Positions 26,111-32,000 of a stretch of 32,000 nucleotides of DNA are shown here, piece by piece. The position numbers were made by a program, and so were the translations under genes. The notes under the pieces were generated by a model that was not told the origin of the DNA, made no database searches, and was given only the letters and a program-made list of their open reading frames with translations. Where the stretch lies: NCBI GenBank assembly GCA_942493095.1, contig OW818675.1, forward strand, positions 1,470,001 to 1,502,000, written 5' to 3'. Numbering within the stretch: the stretch's first letter is position 1; each line of letters begins with the position of its first letter. This stretch comes from Candidatus Electronema halotolerans. GTDB taxonomy: Bacteria > Desulfobacterota > Desulfobulbia > Desulfobulbales > Desulfobulbaceae.

Positions 26111-26377
26111 TCAGGTCCGTTTATGACAAAACAAGCAGCGGTAGGTGGCAGGATGCTCCTTGGGCAGCGGCATTTTTCCCGTGCCATGACATTCGCCGCA
26201 GTGCTTTTCCGCCTCTTTTTTATCTATGGTCAAAAGCTGCTGGTGATGTTGGTCATGGGGAAGATGAGCCGTGGTCTCTGGCGGCGCATTCCAGAGAAAG
26301 AGGAAAATTCCTGCGCAGACCGCGACAAAAAGCAGATTGTACAGCAGAATATTTTTTTTCTTTTTTTCGTCCGCCAT
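26111..26377 (-). CDS. Small membrane-anchored diheme c-type cytochrome-like protein
   Basis: 88 aa; N-terminal TM 'ILLYNLLFVAVCAGIFLFLW', two CxxCH motifs 'CGECH' and 'CLFCH'. Confidence 0.82.
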   Translation of the reverse strand: MADEKKKKNILLYNLLFVAVCAGIFLFLWNAPPETTAHLPHDQHHQQLLTIDKKEAEKHCGECHGTGKMPLPKEHPATYRCLFCHKRT

Positions 26378-26383
26378 GAGCAG

Positions 26384-27430
26384 TCACGAATGTTGAGGAG
26401 CCATTTCCAAGGCCTGAAAATTGAGCAGCCGGACGCGGAGGAGGAGGATGAACAGCTCCATCAGAAGCAGGGAGCAGGCTGGATGGCGGGCAGCAAGGCT
26501 GATGATCCGGCGGTGCTGCTGCTGGCGGCGGAGCAGAGCAATCAATGTGCTGTCATTGCTCTGCGGATCGAGAATCAGGCGGGCGGCGGCCTCGCCGGAA
26601 ATGACTGCCGAATAAATGCCCTCGCCAGTCAGTCCGGAGGCCAGTCCAGCGGCATCGCCGATCAGCCACGTTGCCCCGAACTGATGCCCCCGGTAATCGT
26701 AATTGATCAGGGCGGCCTGACAGGGCAGCTCCTCAAGCTGGCGGAAGCCGTGTTTTTCAGCCCAGCGAATCAGGCTGCGCTTCAATCGGCCTGCGGACAT
26801 CCGGCCCTGCGGGCTGTACGCGCCCACAGACACCGTGTGCTTATGCGGGAATATCCATGCGTAGCCGCAGCCGAAACTCTTGGTGCTGAGATGCCACTCC
26901 ATCTCTGCCGCCGTGCCTGGTACCTGAAAATTGATGCCAATGCCCCGCGCCTCCGCAGGCAGATCAAGATTGTGCCGGACAAGGGAATTGGCTCCGTCCG
27001 CGCCGACAAGCTGCGAGCAGATGAACGTTTTGCTTGCCCCGTCACAGGAGGCTGTCACTCGCAAACCATTGACCGCATTGACTTTGCAGTTGGTGATGAT
27101 TTCCGCCCCTGCCTGCCGCGCCTGCGCCGCCATCCATTGCCCCAGAACCTTGCGGCTGACTGTGGCGACAATTGGATTTTCTTCCTGCACCACGGTCTGC
27201 TGGCAGGAGGAAAAAATATGCTGTTCACAGAAGCTCCGCTCGATCAGTTCTTCCGGCAGCAGCCGGAGCAGGCCGTTCCAAGTGATGCCGCCCGCGCAGA
27301 CCTTAGGGCCGATTTCTGGCCGCCGCTCCAGCACCAGAACTTTGCGGCCCTGTTCAGCCAGGACCTTGGCGCAGGCCAAGCCGCCCGGCCCGGCTCCGAT
27401 AATAAGAATGTCTGTGCTGATCGAGGACAT
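26384..27430 (-). CDS. Geranylgeranyl-reductase-family FAD-dependent oxidoreductase
   Basis: 'TDILIIGAGPGGLACAKVLAEQGRKVLVLERR', 'VGADGANSLVR', 'WLIGDAAGLASGLTGEGIYSAVISGE'. Confidence 0.9.
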   Translation of the reverse strand: MSSISTDILIIGAGPGGLACAKVLAEQGRKVLVLERRPEIGPKVCAGGITWNGLLRLLPEELIERSFCEQHIFSSCQQTVVQEENPIVATVSRKVLGQWMAAQARQAGAEIITNCKVNAVNGLRVTASCDGASKTFICSQLVGADGANSLVRHNLDLPAEARGIGINFQVPGTAAEMEWHLSTKSFGCGYAWIFPHKHTVSVGAYSPQGRMSAGRLKRSLIRWAEKHGFRQLEELPCQAALINYDYRGHQFGATWLIGDAAGLASGLTGEGIYSAVISGEAAARLILDPQSNDSTLIALLRRQQQHRRIISLAARHPACSLLLMELFILLLRVRLLNFQALEMAPQHS

Positions 27431-27534
27431 GACTGGTTTCTTGATTCAAACGGAAAAAACAGCCGCTTCTTTTTACCAGTCAAGATCACGTTCCGCAACT
27501 GCAAGGAAAAAGCGCAGGCCTGTTTTCCGCGCCT

Positions 27535-29253
27535 TCAGCGGACATAGCCTTGCTCCTCCAGATAGAGGAAAATTTCCTGCACCGCCTCTGCCGGGGTCAG
27601 CTTGGAGGTGTCAATGACGATTTCTGGGTTGGCAGGCGGAATGTAGGGATCAGAAATGCCGGTCACGCCCTTGACCAAGCCAGCCCGCGCCTTGGCATAC
27701 AAGCCCTTGCGGTCGCGCTGCTCGCAGACCTCCAGCGGCGTTGCAACATAAACTTCAATGTAGCCGCCGTACCGGCTGATCAGATGCCGGTTCTCCTGCC
27801 GCGACTCCTCATACGGGGCAATGGGCGCGCAGAGGGCAATGCCGCCGTTCTTGGTGATCTCGCTGGCCACATAGCCGATCCGGGTCACATTCAGATTGCG
27901 GTGCTCTTGGGAAAAACTCAACTCTGAGGAAAGATTCTTGCGGACAATGTCGCCGTCCAGCAGGGTGACAGGCCGGTCGCGCAGCTCCATGAACCGCACC
28001 ATCAGGACCTTGGCAATGGTCGATTTGCCAGACCCGGACAGGCCGGTGAGAAAAACTGTGAAGCCCTGTTTGGAGCGGGGCGGAAAGGAGCGGCGCAGTT
28101 CCGCAACCACGCCGGGAAAGGAAAACCATTCAGGAATTTCCAAGCCCCATTCCAGCCGGTGCCGCAGTTCCTTGGAACTGATGCTCCGCACGGTTACCTC
28201 CGTGCCGGTTTCCGCGAGCGGAACATAGCAGGAACGTTCCTCAACATAGCCCATTGCCTGCTCCGGCACCATCTCGATGCCGATTTCCTCGGCCAGCGAG
28301 GCCACTAACTGCTGGGCCGCGCCCAGCGGGTAAAAGGGTTCCATGTCGCAGTCAGCAAAGGGGTCGCCGTGATTCGCCGCAACCATGAAATGGGTGCAGC
28401 CGTAATTGCGGCGGATCAGGGCATGCCAGAGGGCCTCTCTCGGACCAGCATGACGGTCAGCCAAGGGAATGATGCCGAGCTGAATCATGTTGGCTGGAAA
28501 CTGGCGGACAAATTCCTGATAGCAATGAACATGGGTGTAATGCTCCCGATTGCCCGGATGATCCAGGCCCAAGGCGGGCTGGAGCAGGATGGCGCAGCCT
28601 GCCTGCCGGGCGGCGGCCAGTACCATTTCCCGATGGGCGCAGTGCAGATATTTTTTGGTATGAACACCAAGCACTCTGCGCCAGCCCTGCTGGAGAAAGC
28701 GGCGGCTGGTTTCCGCCGGAGTCAGACGCAGTTCCCGGAAATCATAATGAATGGGCAAAGTCAAGCCCTCCACGCAGCCGCCAAGGCACCAGTCCTTGAC
28801 TTGGGTGAACAGGGTCTGCACGCCCGGATGCCGTCTGGCCTCAGCAGTGCCATAGACCGCCTCAGCCTCAGCCTGCTTGTCCCGCTGCCAGATATCTTGG
28901 ACGGTCAGCACGGCTAAGAGAAAGCCTTCATTGTCGTTGAGAGCCACCCGGTCGCCGGGATGCAGTTTGGCGGCAAAAGCCTCGTTCACATCCAGACAAA
29001 TCGGCAGCGGCCAGACCGAATCGTCAGCCAAACGCATTTTCTGGAGAACCGACACATAATCTGCTTGACAAAGAAAGCCATTTAGAGGATAAAAGGCCCG
29101 GTTGAGCAGCCCTTCCAGATCGCAGAGCTGCCGCTGGTTCAAGTCGAGCGAGGGGAGCTGCACGGCTTCGGCCCGCAGCTGTTCAGCCCGGCGGAAATGG
29201 ACCAGCAGGCTTTCTGAATAGGGGGCGGCAAAAGAAAGAACAGGTGAGGTCAC
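27535..29253 (-). CDS. Bifunctional-type sulfate adenylyltransferase/adenylylsulfate kinase; sulfurylase domain catalytic motifs degenerate
   Basis: N-terminal SAT fold ('LPSLDLNQRQLCDLEGLLNRAFYPLNGFL', 'AGPREALWHALIRRNYGCTHF') fused to APS kinase ('GLSGSGKSTIAKVL', 'LLDGDIVRKNLSSELSFSQEHRNLN', 'CEQRDRKGLYAKARAG'). GTG start. Confidence 0.9.
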   Translation of the reverse strand: MTSPVLSFAAPYSESLLVHFRRAEQLRAEAVQLPSLDLNQRQLCDLEGLLNRAFYPLNGFLCQADYVSVLQKMRLADDSVWPLPICLDVNEAFAAKLHPGDRVALNDNEGFLLAVLTVQDIWQRDKQAEAEAVYGTAEARRHPGVQTLFTQVKDWCLGGCVEGLTLPIHYDFRELRLTPAETSRRFLQQGWRRVLGVHTKKYLHCAHREMVLAAARQAGCAILLQPALGLDHPGNREHYTHVHCYQEFVRQFPANMIQLGIIPLADRHAGPREALWHALIRRNYGCTHFMVAANHGDPFADCDMEPFYPLGAAQQLVASLAEEIGIEMVPEQAMGYVEERSCYVPLAETGTEVTVRSISSKELRHRLEWGLEIPEWFSFPGVVAELRRSFPPRSKQGFTVFLTGLSGSGKSTIAKVLMVRFMELRDRPVTLLDGDIVRKNLSSELSFSQEHRNLNVTRIGYVASEITKNGGIALCAPIAPYEESRQENRHLISRYGGYIEVYVATPLEVCEQRDRKGLYAKARAGLVKGVTGISDPYIPPANPEIVIDTSKLTPAEAVQEIFLYLEEQGYVR

Positions 29254-29445
29254 TTTATATTTTTTCTGTGAAAATTAGCTGTTACAGTCTGCGCGGGCAG
29301 AATTGGCAAAAAAAATAGTTTGCGGTTCAGTAAAAAATATTGAACTTTCTTCAAAAATACTGTATGAATTTTAATATAAGGAAGAGGAACGTTTGCTTTG
29401 GAGGAAGCAGACGGATTCGCCCGCTGCATGAAGAGGAGAGAGAGA

Positions 29446-29580
29446 ATGAGTTTCCGCGATGCTGTTCATATCCTGATGCTGAGTCCCATCTATTTTTATC
29501 TGCCAGTGCCGCAGCGTCTGCTGCTGGCAAAGGAATACTGTCAGAGCATCAACAGGTTAGCCTCCACCCTCCGCATCTGA
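29446..29580 (+). CDS. Small orphan protein, hypothetical
   Basis: 44 aa 'MSFRDAVHILMLSPIYFYLPVPQRLLLAKEYCQSINRLASTLRI', purine-rich GAGAGAGAGA before the ATG; not overlapped by an annotated opposite gene. Confidence 0.4.
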   Translation: MSFRDAVHILMLSPIYFYLPVPQRLLLAKEYCQSINRLASTLRI

Positions 29581-29585
29581 GTCGG

Positions 29586-30389
29586 TCAGTTAAGCTGTGC
29601 CGGGCGGCGGAGCGGCTGGCTCTGCGGCGGTTGCCAGTCAGCCTTCAGCTCGTGCAGTTTGGCGTATTTATACCATGTTCCTTCAAAATTTCCCACTGCA
29701 ATAACAAAGCCGGGCCAGCCGTCAAGAATGCCTTTCTTCACAATATACATCTGAAAAAAGGACCAAAGGCCCCGGCTCAGGGCAGTGAACATGCCCGCGT
29801 TCCGGCCCCGCTGGCAGAGCTTTTCCGCTCCGAGGCTGGAATAGCGGTTGGCCTTGCGGGCCACTTCTTCCAGATTTTTATAGGGAAACTGCCAGATCGG
29901 CTGGCAAAGATACGCGGCAGGCTTGTCTGAGACAATCTCGTATTCCTCATGCACGGGATCGTTGCGGAAGCGCAGCGCGCCCTTGCGGAAGAGCTGCGGC
30001 TGACGGTAGTCTGGCCAGAAGCCGGAATGCCGGATCCAGCGGCCCATGAAAAAGTTGCGCCGGGGAATATAGTAGGCATCCGCCGGGCGGGGCTGGGCAA
30101 TGGCCGCCAAAATTTCATCCCGTGCTTCCGGGGTGCAGCGCTCGTCGGCATCCAAGGAGAAAATCCAGTCGTATGCGCAGGCGGCCATGGCCTGATTGCG
30201 CAGGTCGCCAAAGCCTTTGAAGTCAAGCTGCACCACCCGTGCGCCCAGCGCGGCGGCCATTTCCGCTGTGCCGTCGGTGCTGAAGGAATCAGCTACAACA
30301 ATTTCATCCGCCCAGAGCACAGAATTGACTGCGGCCTGAATCTTGTCCGCCTCGTTCCACGCTATAATGTATGCGGAAATTCTGCTCAT
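29586..30389 (-). CDS. Family 2 glycosyltransferase (WaaE/lipopolysaccharide-core-like)
   Basis: 'ISAYIIAWNEADKIQAAVNSVLWADEIVVADSFSTDGT', 'FSLDADERCTPEARDEI'. Confidence 0.9.
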   Translation of the reverse strand: MSRISAYIIAWNEADKIQAAVNSVLWADEIVVADSFSTDGTAEMAAALGARVVQLDFKGFGDLRNQAMAACAYDWIFSLDADERCTPEARDEILAAIAQPRPADAYYIPRRNFFMGRWIRHSGFWPDYRQPQLFRKGALRFRNDPVHEEYEIVSDKPAAYLCQPIWQFPYKNLEEVARKANRYSSLGAEKLCQRGRNAGMFTALSRGLWSFFQMYIVKKGILDGWPGFVIAVGNFEGTWYKYAKLHELKADWQPPQSQPLRRPAQLN

Positions 30390-32000
30390 CGCAGCGGCCT
30401 TGGCCCAGGAGGAGCTGGCCGTCTGGCCGCGCCGCCGCCTGCCAGCTGGATGACAATGTTGTCTGTCTTGCGCAGCCGCTTGGCCAGCGTCTTGAAAAGA
30501 TGATTGGATATCTCTGGATATTTTTCCAGCAATTCCTTCAGCTTGTCGCCAGGGTACTTTTTCACCTTGCTCCGGCCCACTGAAATGACTGAGGCGTAGC
30601 GGGGTTCTTGGAGCATGCAGGCCATTTCACCAAAATATTCGCCTGGCTCGGTAATTTCTGCGATTTTTTTGCCCTGCTTGAGCACTGCCACCTTACCGCG
30701 CACCAATTTGTAGAAATTGCGGTCGTCCTGATTGCCCTCCTGAATGATGATATCACCATCCTCATATTCCTCCACCGGCGGACTGACGAGATAGGGCGGC
30801 AGGGTGTCCTGATGGACAACTGTGCTGCCCTCCACCTCATCAAGACTGGTGACTCCCTGAACAGCCTTCAGAATTGCCGCTTGACGCAGGGTGTACATGC
30901 CTGACTGCACGGCGACCTTGCGAAGCTGCTCCTCAGAAACCTGCGCTTGGATGGCTTGCGCAACCTCGGTGGTGACTTCCAGCAGCTCAAAAAAGCCGAC
31001 CCGGCCCTTGTAGCCACGCCCGCTGCAGACCGAACAGCCCTTGGGGCCGTAGAGCTGAAAGCCTTCCTTGTCAATTTGCTCCTCACTGAAACCGATCTCC
31101 AGCAGCCTTTTCCGTTCGACTGTAATCGGCTGCTTGCACTTGGCGCAGAGCCTGCGGCCCAGACGCTGGGCCAGAACCATAGTCAGCGAACCTGCCAGAA
31201 TATACGGAGGAATGCCGATGTCAACCATGCGGCTGACTGTGGCCACTGCGTCGTTGGTGTGCAGGGTGCTGAAGACCAGATGGCCGGTCATGGCCGCTTT
31301 CATGGCAATCTCAGCCGTGCTGATGTCGCGGATCTCGCCGACCATGATGATGTCCGGGTCCTGCCGGAGAAAGGCCTTCAGGGCGGCAGGAAAGGTCATG
31401 CCGACCTCAACGTTGACGTTGACCTGATTGATGCCCTTGAAGTTGAATTCAACCGGGTCCTCGGCAGTGAGGATTTTTATGTCCTCGCTGTTCAAGGAGT
31501 TGAGTGCCGAATACAAGGTGACTGTCTTGCCGGAGCCGGTCGGGCCGGTGACCAAAAGCAGCCCTTGAGGCCGTTCAAGACAGCGTCTGAGGGCGGCAAA
31601 GGTTTCTTCCTCAAAACCGAGCTTGGTCAGGTTGACGTTGAGCGAGCCTTTGTCCAAAATACGGAGGACAATGCCTTCGCCGTGCAGGAGCGGCAAGGTG
31701 GAGACACGAAAGTCAACCGCCTTGTTGCGGCCCATGCGGATGCTGATGCGGCCATCCTGCGGCACCCGCCGCTCAGTGATGTTCAGCCCGGCAAGAATCT
31801 TCATGCGGGCTGAGAGAGCGTTTTTGATGGTCAACGGCAGGTTCATGGCCTTGTACAAGGAACCGTCCTTGCGGTAGCGGACCTGCATGGTCTTTTCAAA
31901 CGGCTCAATATGAATATCGCTGACCCCTTCCTGCACGGCCTTGACCAAGATGCCGTTCACCAATTTGATGATCGGCGCGTCATTGGCTGAGAACTGACCA
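30386..32000 (-). CDS. PilB/GspE-type ATPase with C-terminal cyclic-nucleotide-binding-like domain (N-terminus beyond window)
   Basis: 'GLLLVTGPTGSGKTVTLYSALN', 'HLVFSTLHTND', 'CAKCKQP...CSVCSGRGYKGRVGFFE'; C-terminus 'YEDGDIIIQEGNQDDRNFYKLVRGKVAVLKQGKKIAEITEPGEYFGEMACMLQEPRYASVISV'. Frame stays open upstream to the edge ('GQFSANDAPIIKLVNG'). Confidence 0.92.
   Translation of the reverse strand, partial: GQFSANDAPIIKLVNGILVKAVQEGVSDIHIEPFEKTMQVRYRKDGSLYKAMNLPLTIKNALSARMKILAGLNITERRVPQDGRISIRMGRNKAVDFRVSTLPLLHGEGIVLRILDKGSLNVNLTKLGFEEETFAALRRCLERPQGLLLVTGPTGSGKTVTLYSALNSLNSEDIKILTAEDPVEFNFKGINQVNVNVEVGMTFPAALKAFLRQDPDIIMVGEIRDISTAEIAMKAAMTGHLVFSTLHTNDAVATVSRMVDIGIPPYILAGSLTMVLAQRLGRRLCAKCKQPITVERKRLLEIGFSEEQIDKEGFQLYGPKGCSVCSGRGYKGRVGFFELLEVTTEVAQAIQAQVSEEQLRKVAVQSGMYTLRQAAILKAVQGVTSLDEVEGSTVVHQDTLPPYLVSPPVEEYEDGDIIIQEGNQDDRNFYKLVRGKVAVLKQGKKIAEITEPGEYFGEMACMLQEPRYASVISVGRSKVKKYPGDKLKELLEKYPEISNHLFKTLAKRLRKTDNIVIQLAGGGAARRPAPPGPRPLR

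Noticed and set aside
25264-26379. 371-aa plus-strand ORF
   Set aside because: Antisense to PPSR and the small cytochrome, which carry diagnostic motifs.
26123-27547. 474-aa plus-strand ORF
   Set aside because: Antisense to the cytochrome and GGR-like flavoprotein genes; low-complexity, shadow ORF.
30947-31813. 288-aa plus-strand ORF
   Set aside because: Antisense to the PilB/GspE-like ATPase core.

Overview
The window is a gene-dense bacterial chromosomal segment, mostly minus strand. Product types (APS kinase/sulfurylase fusion, PilB/PilT-type ATPases, PPDK regulator, c-type cytochrome, roadblock and two-CW-type proteins) suggest a Desulfobulbales/deltaproteobacterial-type genome; this is inference only. 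Main blocks: (i) end of a periplasmic substrate-binding protein, a sensor histidine kinase, and a convergent three-gene signalling set (roadblock-like, two-CW-type Cys protein, response regulator); (ii) a low-density, AT-richer accessory segment (~3.45-6.46 kb) with an HU/IHF-like DNA-binding protein with a long C-terminal extension, two orphan small ORFs, apparent gene remnants and a 23-bp tandem array; (iii) a ~1600-aa exported protein with about 15 PKD-like modules; (iv) CPA2 antiporter with USP tail, small exported protein, PilT-like ATPase and ferredoxin; (v) an exopolysaccharide set (Wzy-TPR, Wzc-like BY-kinase, Wza-like, outer-membrane beta-barrel, small exported protein); (vi) a housekeeping/redox run (dCMP deaminase, alpha/beta hydrolase, PPSR, diheme cytochrome, GGR-like flavoprotein, SAT/APS kinase fusion, GT2, PilB/GspE-like). 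Most notable: the 23-bp array (15-nt core plus 8-nt mostly variable part) beside the HU-like gene with a second degenerate copy ~0.7 kb away; the sulfurylase domain of the SAT/APSK fusion lacking its canonical catalytic motifs; a PilB/GspE ATPase with a C-terminal cyclic-nucleotide-binding-like domain; and the giant PKD protein with Cys-free and Cys-bearing modules. No rRNA, tRNA, canonical CRISPR array or intact transposase was recognised.
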